Counted from the first letter of the stretch, positions 19,890-29,394 are shown. The stretch: DNA of 64,000 bases from Actinomycetes bacterium (GCA_030614255.1 JAUWKI010000001.1:69113-133112), one strand, 5' to 3'. Notes: generated by a model not told the origin, from the letters alone. Translations and numbers: made by a program.

Positions 19890-20999
19890 TTATTCTTCTC
19901 CTTCAACCTCAAGTAAGATTTTTATCTGGTTTTTCCCCCGCGAAATCTTTGGGGATCCTTTTAGATGCAGGAAGTACTTATCACCAATTTTACCAAATTC
20001 ATCTTCTACCAATTGGGACAACTTATCCAGGTCTTTCTTCTCAATATATTTTACAAGGTTAGACGAATTATTGAAATCAACATTAAATATTGGTTTGGCG
20101 ACCACTTCTTTATGTTTCTTAAGCAAAGTTGTATATAAATCATCAACCGGCTCTATCTCCCCACTAAAAATACGGTGGATATTTCGTTGAGAAACATCTA
20201 AACCGTAATAATCATTCGACACTTCCATGAGACTTTTCACATTTCCAATTGAGCCGACGCATTGCCAGAGAGGAAGGCTTCCCTCTTCAAAACCATCGAG
20301 AAATACCGTTTTGCCACCCTTGTTAGAGGTCAGCAAGTTTTGACTTAAATCATACATTGTAACCAAAATTTGAGCCGGGGAGCCGACAAATATCTTGATT
20401 TTCGGATGCTCAATAGAGAATTCCGCCAGAACTCTTAGAATATTATGAAGACCCTTGATAACATGGACTTCTCCGTGACGCACTCTTGTCGCAGGCAACG
20501 TGGATTGATCTTTACGTTCCGGAAGTTTCATGGTATTGATATACACCTTAACGATGGTTCCTCTGTCGACCGCGGAAGCCACAACGTCTACATATTCAAC
20601 ATTATTTTTAATAGCGTATAAAGCCATTCCGCGGCCGTGAACCCCATATTTGTCATTTACAACGCTATCAAGTTTGGAAGTTACGCGAGGTTCAAATATC
20701 TTCGTTAAAACACTGGATGGGATTCCGTGTCCATCATCAATAATTGCAACGGTTCTGTCTTTTTTTTCTTTATGCAGAGCAATAAAGATATTTCTACAAT
20801 CCGCATCCCTTGAATTACGCAATAGTTCAACAATCACGTCTTCGACTGAGCGTATATCGTGTTTCGCTTGTCTCTTCTGCGCTTCGCTTATATGGAGGCG
20901 AACAAATCCATTGCCCAGATCTTCTTCAATTTTTTGATATTTGTCCCCAGCAACTTTCTCGATAAAGTTGATTAATTCATCCTTTTCTTTTGAAGACAA
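19890..20999 (-). CDS. Orphan GHL-type (MutL/MORC-like Bergerat fold) ATPase with uncharacterised ~200-aa C-terminal region
   Basis: Motif I VELLRNSRDA (ExxxNxxD), motif II IIDDGHGIP, RVTSKL, and motif III GVHGRGMALYA. No HisKA/DHp domain and no MutL C-terminal domain. TTG start lies 20 nt after the rny stop. Confidence 0.7.
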   Translation of the reverse strand: MSSKEKDELINFIEKVAGDKYQKIEEDLGNGFVRLHISEAQKRQAKHDIRSVEDVIVELLRNSRDADCRNIFIALHKEKKDRTVAIIDDGHGIPSSVLTKIFEPRVTSKLDSVVNDKYGVHGRGMALYAIKNNVEYVDVVASAVDRGTIVKVYINTMKLPERKDQSTLPATRVRHGEVHVIKGLHNILRVLAEFSIEHPKIKIFVGSPAQILVTMYDLSQNLLTSNKGGKTVFLDGFEEGSLPLWQCVGSIGNVKSLMEVSNDYYGLDVSQRNIHRIFSGEIEPVDDLYTTLLKKHKEVVAKPIFNVDFNNSSNLVKYIEKKDLDKLSQLVEDEFGKIGDKYFLHLKGSPKISRGKNQIKILLEVEGEE

Positions 21000-21019
21000 A
21001 GCTACCTCTCAAAAGTTAT

Positions 21020-22558
21020 CTATTTTGCGTACTCCGTGGCCCTCTGTTCGCGTATTACCGTCACCTTAATTTGACCTGGATATTCCATCTCGGCCTCAAT
21101 TTCTTTGGCAATTTCTTTGGCCAACAAAGTAGATTCGGTATCATCTATTTGTTCAGGTTTTACTAAAACCCGAACCTCTCGGCCAGCCTGCATAACAAAG
21201 CATTTTTCAACGCCCTTATGTGAATCCGCTATCTTTTCAAGTTTTTCTAACCTTTTAATATAGCTCTCCAAAGTTTCTCGTCTAGCCCCAGGTCGAGCTG
21301 CAGAAATAGCATCGGCCGATTGTGTCAGAACAGCTTCGATGGTTTTTGGTTCAACATCTAGATGGTGTGCCTCAATCGCATGGCATATTGCCTCAGATTC
21401 TTGCAATCGTTTTGCCAAATCAGCACCAATGGTAGCATGAGAGCCTTCAACCTCATGATCGATAGCTTTACCAACATCATGCAACAATCCGGCCCTTTTG
21501 GCCATTCTTATGTCAGTACTAAGTTCAGCAGCCATGACTCCGGCTAAATGCGCAACTTCGATTGAATGCATTAAAACATTTTGACCATAACTTGTTCGAT
21601 ACTTCAGTCGTCCAAGAACCCTGATAAGCTCGGGGTGTAAATTTTGCACATTCGTATCGAAGGCGGCTTGTTCTCCTGCTTCACGTATCTCGATTTCCAC
21701 TTCTTGCTTAGCTTTTGCATACATCTCTTCAATTCTTGCCGGCTGAATTCTACCATCGGCTATCAACTTTTCAAGAGCAATTCTGGCAATCTCCCGTCTC
21801 ACCGGGTCAAAACAGGAAATTATGACTGCCTCAGGAGTGTCGTCAATTATCAGGTTAACACCCGAAACGTTCTCAAACGCCCTAATGTTTCGTCCCTCTC
21901 GGCCTATTATTCGCCCTTTCATTTCATCCCCTGGCAGATTAATTGAAGAGACAGTGGTTTCTGCTACATGGTCTGCTGAGCAACGCTGAATAGCTAAAGA
22001 AACGATATTGCGAGCTCTCTTCCCAGCATCCTCGCGTGCTTCATTTTCAATGTTTTTGACAATTATAGCCGCATCGCGTCTCGCATCGTCCTCAACTTTT
22101 TTCAATAATAAATTTTTTGCTTCTTCAATCGACATTTTTGCAATCTCTTGCAGCATCTCTTTTTGTCTATCGATAACACTTTCCAAATTGCTTTTAAGCT
22201 CATCCATCTTCTTATCGCTCTCGATTAAGCTCTTTTCTCTTTGGTCTAAGGATTCCCGCTTCTTATCGATCATTTCTTCTTTATGAGCAAGGCGTGATTC
22301 TGCTTTTTGCACTTCCACCCGACGGTCTCTAACCTCTCTTTCGGCTTCAGTTCTCATAAAATGAATCTCATCTTTAGCCCCAAGAATGGCTTCTTTCTTC
22401 TTTGTTTCAGCTTCTTTGTTTGCCTCAGCAATTATTTTCTTTACCTCGACTTCAGCGGAGTCAATCTTCGTTTCAGCCAAATATCTTCTAATAAAAAAAC
22501 CTGCAACCATACCCAAGATACCGAACACTAAAACCAACGCAATCTGTCCTGTTCCCAC
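21020..22558 (-). CDS. rny: Ribonuclease Y
   Basis: N-terminal TM helix, a long coiled coil, a KH domain (IIGREGRNIRAFE) and an HD domain (LLHDVGKA). GTG start lies after AAGGAGG. Confidence 0.95.
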   Translation of the reverse strand: MGTGQIALVLVFGILGMVAGFFIRRYLAETKIDSAEVEVKKIIAEANKEAETKKKEAILGAKDEIHFMRTEAEREVRDRRVEVQKAESRLAHKEEMIDKKRESLDQREKSLIESDKKMDELKSNLESVIDRQKEMLQEIAKMSIEEAKNLLLKKVEDDARRDAAIIVKNIENEAREDAGKRARNIVSLAIQRCSADHVAETTVSSINLPGDEMKGRIIGREGRNIRAFENVSGVNLIIDDTPEAVIISCFDPVRREIARIALEKLIADGRIQPARIEEMYAKAKQEVEIEIREAGEQAAFDTNVQNLHPELIRVLGRLKYRTSYGQNVLMHSIEVAHLAGVMAAELSTDIRMAKRAGLLHDVGKAIDHEVEGSHATIGADLAKRLQESEAICHAIEAHHLDVEPKTIEAVLTQSADAISAARPGARRETLESYIKRLEKLEKIADSHKGVEKCFVMQAGREVRVLVKPEQIDDTESTLLAKEIAKEIEAEMEYPGQIKVTVIREQRATEYAK

Positions 22559-22588
22559 TTCAACAACCTCCTTTTTTCTTATTAAAAT

Positions 22589-22609
22589 AAAAAACCGAGC
22601 ATTGCTCGG
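22589..22609 (-). terminator. Intrinsic-terminator-like hairpin in the rny leader
   Basis: The minus strand reads CCGAGCaatGCUCGG followed by UUUUUUAUUUU. It ends about 30 nt upstream of the rny GTG and just before its SD. Confidence 0.5.
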
Positions 22610-22844
22610 CTAAATAAAATTTACTTAGTACCTCATAATAAAATTTCTATTTTTAGAACTCTTTAATCGATATGATTAAAATAAATTCTGGCTCTCTCAG
22701 CCTAAAACTTATAACACTTAAGAAATTTTTAAGTAAATTAATATTCAACCAATCTTTATTAAACTTGCTTATTTTAAATCATCAAATCTATTTAATGATT
22801 AATTTTACATTATTATACACCATGCAGTGTCAATCTAGAAAAAA

Positions 22845-23330
22845 TTAAAAATTTAACAAATTTTCACAAGTTTTCCTCGAAACTTCGGGCTTAAATCCTT
22901 TATTTATCAGATAACGGTAAAGTCGTCTTTTTTTAGCCATATCATCGATATCATCATATTTTTTCAGTTGTTTCCTTGCAATCTCGATGGCTACTTTTGA
23001 CTCTTCTTTTTCTAAATAAAGCTTATCGAGCTCTTCGTCAATTAAATCGGTATTTATGCCTCTTTGAAGCAACTCGTGTTTTATTCGATTTCTACCTAAA
23101 AATTTGTTTTCTTTTCTAGACTCAATCCACATTCTTGTAAAAGTCAAATCGTTCAAATAATCACAATTTTTAAGATATTTCACAACTTCTTTGATGAGCT
23201 TTTGATTATAGCCCTTCCGTTCTAAATAATTTCTTATCTCCTTGACGCTTCTGGGCCCATAATTAAGATAATTAAGAGCTTTGTTTGTGGCTTTTGTCTC
23301 CATACCGGAATCAATATCTTCACTAAGCAA
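22845..23330 (-). CDS. recX: Recombination regulator RecX
   Basis: Three-repeat helical protein (ALNYLNYGPRSVKEIRNYLERKGY...) located 6 nt downstream of recA. Confidence 0.88.
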   Translation of the reverse strand: MLSEDIDSGMETKATNKALNYLNYGPRSVKEIRNYLERKGYNQKLIKEVVKYLKNCDYLNDLTFTRMWIESRKENKFLGRNRIKHELLQRGINTDLIDEELDKLYLEKEESKVAIEIARKQLKKYDDIDDMAKKRRLYRYLINKGFKPEVSRKTCENLLNF

Positions 23331-23336
23331 TGCAAT

Positions 23337-24362
23337 CTATACTTTCATTTCTTCTTTTTTGACCTTCTTTTCTTCTTGTTTAAAACCCACGGCTACTTTA
23401 ATTTTTTCTTCTATCTCGTCGGCTATTTTTAAATTTTCCTGTAAAAATTGCTTCGCGTTTTCCCTGCCTTGTCCGAGCCTTTCATCGCCGTATGTATACC
23501 AAGCTCCGCTTTTATTGGCTATTCCATACTCGATACCCATATCCAATATGTTGCCTTCCCTCGAAATCCCTTTGCCGTAGATGATGTCAAATTCAGCTTT
23601 TTTGAAAGGGGGTGCAACTTTATTTTTAACCACTCTTGCTCGAACTCGGTTTCCAACAATATCGACCCCTTGTTTTATGGACTCAATTCTTCTAATGTCT
23701 ATTCTGACCGAAGAATAAAATTTAAGTGCTCGACCCCCGGAAGTAGTCTCGGGATTGCCGAACATTACACCAATCTTCTCCCTCAGTTGGTTTATAAATA
23801 TTACAACTGTTTTTGATTTGCTAATAGCTCCAGATAGTTTCCGAAGTGCTTGAGACATCAATCTCGCTTGGAGACCGACGTGCGAATCTCCCATCTCACC
23901 CTCAATTTCAGCTCTAGGAACCAGAGCTGAAACAGAGTCAATTGCTATAACATCGACTGCTCCACTTCTTATAAGCATCTCGGCAATTTCAAGCGCTTGC
24001 TCACCGGTATCGGGCTGAGAGACAAGTAAATTATCTACATCTGCCCCAAGGTTGCGAGCATAGCTCGAATCAAGAGCGTGTTCGGCATCGATAAACGCGG
24101 CTACTCCACCTTTTTTCTGTGCTTCGGCAATAATCTGCAATGCTAGAGTAGTTTTACCCGAGGCTTCGGGCCCATATATTTCAACAATCCTTCCCTTCGG
24201 GACACCACCAACACCTAAAGCAACATCCAGGGCCAAAGAACCGGTAGAAATTGTTGAGAAGTCGAATCTTTCTGGTTGATCTCCAAGTCTCATAATAGCG
24301 CCTTTACCGTATTTTCTTTCAATCTGATCCTTTGCTAACTCCAAAACTTTATCACGTTCCAT
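23337..24362 (-). CDS. recA: Recombinase RecA
   Basis: Walker [10 protein letters not shown], then [34 protein letters not shown]. Full-length RecA with no intein. Confidence 0.98.
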   Translation of the reverse strand: MERDKVLELAKDQIERKYGKGAIMRLGDQPERFDFSTISTGSLALDVALGVGGVPKGRIVEIYGPEASGKTTLALQIIAEAQKKGGVAAFIDAEHALDSSYARNLGADVDNLLVSQPDTGEQALEIAEMLIRSGAVDVIAIDSVSALVPRAEIEGEMGDSHVGLQARLMSQALRKLSGAISKSKTVVIFINQLREKIGVMFGNPETTSGGRALKFYSSVRIDIRRIESIKQGVDIVGNRVRARVVKNKVAPPFKKAEFDIIYGKGISREGNILDMGIEYGIANKSGAWYTYGDERLGQGRENAKQFLQENLKIADEIEEKIKVAVGFKQEEKKVKKEEMKV

Positions 24363-24391
24363 TTTTCCTCCTAGAATCGTTTTACTTAGAG

Positions 24392-24420
24392 ATTTTATAC
24401 GAACAAGTGTTCGATGTCAA
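24392..24420 (-). promoter_or_regulatory. recA promoter with perfect LexA box in the spacer
   Basis: The minus strand reads TTGACA-TCGAACacttGTTCGta-TAAAAT (17-nt spacer). CGAACacttGTTCG (24400-24413) is a perfect CGAAC-N4-GTTCG box. Confidence 0.8.
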
Positions 24421-24980
24421 TCTGTTTTCAATTTTAATTCCAAAATTTTTTCGTATACCGGCCCATTGGCCATCAAGTGACTTCTGAAAAGATAAATATT
24501 ATTAACTTCAACGCGGTATCCTGAAAAACCTTTCGTTCCTACTTTCTGTAAGAGTTGCTCTACGTTATGAGGTTTTTTTAACCTTGCGAAAGTAATGTGA
24601 GGAGAAAACCTCTTCTCGTCTTCGGCAAAACCGGTTTTAACCAAACCTTTTTCGATAGCTTGCTGCAAATTAATTATTTTTTTTCCTCCGTCCTCTACCC
24701 CCACCCAAAACACGCGAGCATTTTTGGCTGAAGGAAAAACTCCCAGGCCATTAAGACAAAGATCAAATGGGCTAAATTTTTTGACAGAAAACTCGAGACC
24801 GGACTTGATATCGGGAAGCATTTCTTCCTCACAGTTCCCCAAAAATTTTAAGGTCATGTGGATGTTTTTCTCCGACACCCATTTAACATCTCTTATCTCT
24901 TTGCAAAGTTCATCTTTCAATTGAGCGATTTTGCACTTGAGCTCGTTCGGAAGCTCCAAGGCAACAAATAACCTTAACAT
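24417..24980 (-). CDS. thpR: RNA 2',3'-cyclic phosphodiesterase (2H family, ThpR/LigT)
   Basis: Two HxT motifs (HMTLKFLG and HITFARL) with 2H-family spacing. Confidence 0.88.
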   Translation of the reverse strand: MLRLFVALELPNELKCKIAQLKDELCKEIRDVKWVSEKNIHMTLKFLGNCEEEMLPDIKSGLEFSVKKFSPFDLCLNGLGVFPSAKNARVFWVGVEDGGKKIINLQQAIEKGLVKTGFAEDEKRFSPHITFARLKKPHNVEQLLQKVGTKGFSGYRVEVNNIYLFRSHLMANGPVYEKILELKLKTD

Positions 24981-24984
24981 GTCA

Positions 24985-26232
24985 CTAACTCATCCTTAGT
25001 TTTTCAAGCAAAAATAGCCTGATAATCTCCAGTGATTTTTGAGTAGCTCGCCACTTTATCTCTTCTCTTAAACCGGGAAAACAAAATTTCTTGCAATAAG
25101 TATATCCACCAAGCCACAGAGCGATATAAACGGTCCCCACAGGTTTGTTATCGCTCCCGCCGCTAGGTCCCGCTATTCCGGTAATTGCCAGCGAGATATC
25201 CGACTTGTATACTTGAGCAATTCCGCTTGCCATCGCCTCCGCCGTCTGAGAACTCACAGCTCCATAATTACTCAAAATTTTTCTTGGAACACTCAGGATG
25301 CTCTCTTTGATATCATTGCTATATGAAATGAGCCCCCCGAGAAAATAATCGGAACTTCCGGGAACATTAGTTATACGATTAGAAAGCAACCCTCCCGTGC
25401 AAGACTCCGCAATAGAAAGAGTCAGGTGGCGCTTAGTTAAAAGATTGCCAACCACTTTTTCTAAAATATCCCCATTCATTCCAAAAACATTATTACCTAA
25501 CTCCTTGCGAACCTCTTTCCCGACTTCAAGTAAGATCTTTTTAGCAGAATCGGGCTTCCCTTTTACCACAATTTGAATACTTACCTCGCCGAGACTAGAG
25601 AGTAAAACAATGGTTAATCTTTTATCTTTTAATATCTTTCTAATTTTTTTTTGAATTTCGGCTTCGCTTAAACCACACACCTTAAAAATCGCAACGTCTA
25701 TAATTTCATTACAGCTAAACCTTTTTTTTAGATAGGGAATGATTCCCCTATGCAGCATTTCCTTCATTTCCGTTGGGACACCGGGCAAAGCAAAAATAAC
25801 CCTCTCTCCAACTTCAACGATTAATCCCGGGGCGGTACCTAAGGAAGGAGCTATCGGAATGGCCCCCGGGGGAAGATATGCTTGCCTCAAGACAATCTCA
25901 GTCATTGGGCTATCAAAATCAGAATATCTTTTTTTAATTAAGTTAGCTAAATCCTCGTCTAGCAAAAGTTTCGTTTTTGCAAATTTAACAATGGCTTCCC
26001 GAGTTAAATCGTCAACAGTCGGTCCCAAGCCCCCCGTAATCAACAGGATATTAACTCGATTTAGAGTTTCATCTATGACTGAAGATATTATCTCTACATC
26101 ATCGGGAACACTCGATATACGTTCAGTAACAATACCAATTTTGCCAAGTTGGCTAGCGATGTAAGAAGAATTTGAATCTAGAGATAATCCCAGCGTAATT
26201 TCTGAGCCCACGGCTAATACTTCACAATTCAC
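24985..26232 (-). CDS. cinA: Competence/damage-inducible protein CinA (MoCF-binding domain + nicotinamide-nucleotide amidohydrolase PncC domain)
   Basis: EVLAVGSEITLG..ITGGLGPTVDDLT in the N-domain. SIAESCTGGLLS..GTVYIAL in the C-domain. GTG at 26232 overlaps the pgsA stop. The track ORF to 26319 is probably over-extended. Confidence 0.9.
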   Translation of the reverse strand: MNCEVLAVGSEITLGLSLDSNSSYIASQLGKIGIVTERISSVPDDVEIISSVIDETLNRVNILLITGGLGPTVDDLTREAIVKFAKTKLLLDEDLANLIKKRYSDFDSPMTEIVLRQAYLPPGAIPIAPSLGTAPGLIVEVGERVIFALPGVPTEMKEMLHRGIIPYLKKRFSCNEIIDVAIFKVCGLSEAEIQKKIRKILKDKRLTIVLLSSLGEVSIQIVVKGKPDSAKKILLEVGKEVRKELGNNVFGMNGDILEKVVGNLLTKRHLTLSIAESCTGGLLSNRITNVPGSSDYFLGGLISYSNDIKESILSVPRKILSNYGAVSSQTAEAMASGIAQVYKSDISLAITGIAGPSGGSDNKPVGTVYIALWLGGYTYCKKFCFPGLREEIKWRATQKSLEIIRLFLLEKLRMS

Positions 26233-26767
26233 TTGGTTCTCGCCCCCGCACCATCCAAATGTCTGTGGATTTAATAAAATAATCGATCCCAGAGAAAATC
26301 GTAAGGAAAATTGCAACAATTAGCACCACACATGCCAACAAAGTGTTCGGCAAAACAATCAATACAACAACCATTATAATTTGACTAACGGTTTTTAATT
26401 TCCCCCAAACACTTGCGACAATAACCTTGTTTTCCGCAAAGGCCATAAGTCTTAAGCCAGAGACTAAAAATTCTCTGGCAATTATCGCCATCGCAACCCA
26501 CGCGGATAAAAGATTTAAATCGACTAAAGAAATTAAAGCGGCTGAAATTAACAATTTGTCAGCCAGAGGATCCAAAAATTTCCCGAAAACTGTAACAAGA
26601 CCTCTTGAACGTGCAATATAACCATCCAAACCGTCAGATAGAGCTGCGACGATAAATATTCCAACAGAAATCCAGTCACCGTATTTAATGTTTGAAAGCA
26701 AGAACGCCATGAAGGCGGGAATTAATAGAATTCTTAAAATTGTAATCCGATTAGCAGCATTTAACAC
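26222..26767 (-). CDS. pgsA: CDP-diacylglycerol--glycerol-3-phosphate 3-phosphatidyltransferase
   Basis: CDP-alcohol phosphatidyltransferase motif DGLDGYIARSRGLVTVFGKFLDPLADK. Confidence 0.92.
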   Translation of the reverse strand: MLNAANRITILRILLIPAFMAFLLSNIKYGDWISVGIFIVAALSDGLDGYIARSRGLVTVFGKFLDPLADKLLISAALISLVDLNLLSAWVAMAIIAREFLVSGLRLMAFAENKVIVASVWGKLKTVSQIIMVVVLIVLPNTLLACVVLIVAIFLTIFSGIDYFIKSTDIWMVRGREPSEL

Positions 26768-28092
26768 TCAGCATCACCCACTAAATCATATCCATCGAAA
26801 CCGGTAATTTTCGCTAAGACAAAGTCGCCAACTTTGAGGTCCTGACCGTTGCAACCTTTTATATAAACAATACCATCAATTTCCGGGGCTTGATATTGAC
26901 TTCTTCCTAAAAATATTTCGCCTTCTTCATGGGACTCAGTTAATGTTTTTATCTCTTGCCCTATATACCTTTTATTTTTTTCAAGAGTTATCGAGTCCTG
27001 GAGGCAGGTCAGTTGGTGATAACGCTCCCTTTTTACCTCTTTTAAAACCTGGGAGGACAAAGTGGCTGCCGCCGTTCCTTCTTCTGCAAAGTACTCGAAT
27101 ACTCCCAAGTAATCAAGATCTGCATCTTTTGTAAAAGCAAGCAAATCTTCAAAATCCTCATCTGATTCTCCAGGGAAACCCACAATCAAAGAGCTTCTAA
27201 TAACAACGCCGGGAATACGGTCTCTTGCTTTGTCAACCAAACTCAAATAATCTTTACCGCAACCATTGCGTCTCATCATGCGTAAAATCTTTTCGCTTGA
27301 ATGTTGAAATGGGATATCAACATAGTTACACACCTTAGAATCGGTCGCCATAACCGTAAGCAAATCTTCAGAAAGACCATCGGGTTGAATATACATCAGT
27401 CTTATCCAATCGAGTTGTTCGATTTTTGAAAGGTTCAAGATGAGCTCGGGTAATTTTCTCTCGCTGTAGATATCCACACCATAATTGCCAGTATCTTGTC
27501 CAACGAGAATAATTTCCCGAACCCCATTGCTCGTTAAATACTTTACTTCGTCAATCAGTTTATCTATAGATAAACTATGGTAACTTCCTTTGATAAAAGG
27601 TATCGCGCAGTAAGAGCATCTACTGTTGCATCCATCCGATATCTTTAGATAAGCGAAAGGCAAATCAGGCTTAGCTCGTGTAAAATCGCTTTCAAGATGT
27701 GATGAAGGATCATCTATTTGAAGGATACGCCCACCCTTCAAGAATTCAGAAATCTTCTCAGGAAGTTTTGACCAGCAATTTACACCAAGAAGAATATCAA
27801 TTTCCGGAATCTCTTTGAACAGTTCATCCGGATATCTCTGAGCCAAACACCCAACAACTGCAAGTACCTTGCATTTACCCTCTTCTTTATAGTTAGCATA
27901 CTCAAAAATTGTCTCTATGGACTCTTGTTTGGCGGGTTCGATAAAACCACATGTATTTATCACTATGACATCTGCTATTTGGGGATCGCAGACTAAGTTG
28001 TAACCAAAACTGGAAAGCTGACCCTTTATGAAATCCGAATCTGACTCGTTTTTAGGACATCCCAAGGTAACAATCGTCACATTTAAACTCAA
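26761..28092 (-). CDS. rimO: Ribosomal protein S12 methylthiotransferase RimO
   Basis: TLGCPKNESDSD..NTCGF, radical-SAM CNSRCSYC, and a C-terminal TRAM domain. Confidence 0.9.
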   Translation of the reverse strand: MSLNVTIVTLGCPKNESDSDFIKGQLSSFGYNLVCDPQIADVIVINTCGFIEPAKQESIETIFEYANYKEEGKCKVLAVVGCLAQRYPDELFKEIPEIDILLGVNCWSKLPEKISEFLKGGRILQIDDPSSHLESDFTRAKPDLPFAYLKISDGCNSRCSYCAIPFIKGSYHSLSIDKLIDEVKYLTSNGVREIILVGQDTGNYGVDIYSERKLPELILNLSKIEQLDWIRLMYIQPDGLSEDLLTVMATDSKVCNYVDIPFQHSSEKILRMMRRNGCGKDYLSLVDKARDRIPGVVIRSSLIVGFPGESDEDFEDLLAFTKDADLDYLGVFEYFAEEGTAAATLSSQVLKEVKRERYHQLTCLQDSITLEKNKRYIGQEIKTLTESHEEGEIFLGRSQYQAPEIDGIVYIKGCNGQDLKVGDFVLAKITGFDGYDLVGDAEC

Positions 28093-28101
28093 CCTATTCC
28101 C

Positions 28102-28599
28102 CTATCTATAATTTCGAAATTGAATAGGGATTGGGAAATCGTTGGATTTTATGAGAGAAACTGCCTCTTGAAGTGCATCTTTGCTTTTACTAAAAACCCT
28201 TAATTTATTATCCTCAATCTGTACTTTAACCTTAATCTTTTTTTCTTTAATGATTTTATTGATCCCTTTCGCAACATCCTGCGATATTCCTTGAACGATA
28301 TCGAACTTCTGTTTCACTCTGCCTCCAAGCGCTGATTCGACCTGGCCAGCTTGTAATGCTTTTAGGGAAATTCCACGCTTTACAAATTTAGATTTCAAGA
28401 TATCCGAAACACTTTTAAGAACAAAATCACTTTCGGTTAAAATAGTAATTTCGCCCTCTTTTTTACTTAAAAGAAGTTCGCAGTAGCTTTTTTTCAAATC
28501 GTATCTCGTCTTAACCTCTCTGAGCGTCTGGTTGACTGCGTTATCAACTTCTTGTATATCAACTTCGGACACCATATCAAAAGAATTTTCTTTTGCCAT
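28102..28599 (-). CDS. yajQ: YajQ family nucleotide (cyclic-di-GMP)-binding protein
   Basis: A 165-aa protein. SFDMVSEVDIQEVDNAVNQTLREVKTRYDLK is the UPF0234/YajQ signature. Confidence 0.9.
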   Translation of the reverse strand: MAKENSFDMVSEVDIQEVDNAVNQTLREVKTRYDLKKSYCELLLSKKEGEITILTESDFVLKSVSDILKSKFVKRGISLKALQAGQVESALGGRVKQKFDIVQGISQDVAKGINKIIKEKKIKVKVQIEDNKLRVFSKSKDALQEAVSLIKSNDFPIPIQFRNYR

Positions 28600-28614
28600 A
28601 AAATCAACCCCTAA

Positions 28615-29394
28615 TCATTCGAAGGTAAACGTCTTTTCTTCCAAGCCAACACCAAGTTTGCCGAGTAATTCTCCATCCTTCTCTACTTGAACCAACTCCC
28701 CGTTGCCGCTTTTTATCGCCACAGACTCCTTTGCTGTCCACTCCCGAGATTCATCCTTCTCGAGTATTCTTTCAAAAACATTCTCTCCGTCCACAAATAC
28801 ACGTAACCAAATTCTATCGAGGGCCGTAACTTTTATCTTAAACCCTTCCCTTGTTGGTATATCTAAAATATGAGCATCCTTAGAAGAAAAAATATCGTTC
28901 GAAGATTTCTCAATGGGAGGCAATGACTCCTCTCTCATAGATTCTTCCTCGGGCGGCAAAACTTCCTCTAGAGGGACCTCTATTTTTTCTTCAGGTTCGG
29001 AAACAACATCAGACCTTCTGCTTAATGCCCTTACTCCCAGAACGATAAGAACAATAACCAACAAAACTCCAATAGCAGAAAGGAGGAAAGTTATCCTACG
29101 ACGTCTGTATACACTCTTTCTGCTAACATCTATATACCTTTCTTTCTCATACTTTAAAGGCTCTTTATAATTGCTCTCGAATTCTTTAATAAGCGGCTCG
29201 CTATCAATCTTCAAAAAAGAAGCGTAAACTCTCATAAAACCCTTAACATAAGCACTCCCGGGAATTACGTCAAAGTCATCGTTCTCAATTGCTTCAAGGT
29301 AACGTTTCCTTATGTTGGTGCTCTTCTCAACGTCCTTCAGTGTCAACCCCAACGATTCTCTCTTATCTTTAAATATTTCCCCTATTGAAGCCAC
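28615..29394 (-). CDS. RodZ-like membrane protein (XRE HTH + TM helix + DUF4115-like C-domain)
   Basis: N-terminal HTH (LGLTLKDVEKSTNIRKRYLEAIENDDF, GFMRVYA), one TM helix (ITFLLSAIGVLLVIVLIVLGV) and a beta-rich C-terminus. GTG at 29394 lies 6 nt after GGAG. Confidence 0.7.
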   Translation of the reverse strand: MASIGEIFKDKRESLGLTLKDVEKSTNIRKRYLEAIENDDFDVIPGSAYVKGFMRVYASFLKIDSEPLIKEFESNYKEPLKYEKERYIDVSRKSVYRRRRITFLLSAIGVLLVIVLIVLGVRALSRRSDVVSEPEEKIEVPLEEVLPPEEESMREESLPPIEKSSNDIFSSKDAHILDIPTREGFKIKVTALDRIWLRVFVDGENVFERILEKDESREWTAKESVAIKSGNGELVQVEKDGELLGKLGVGLEEKTFTFE

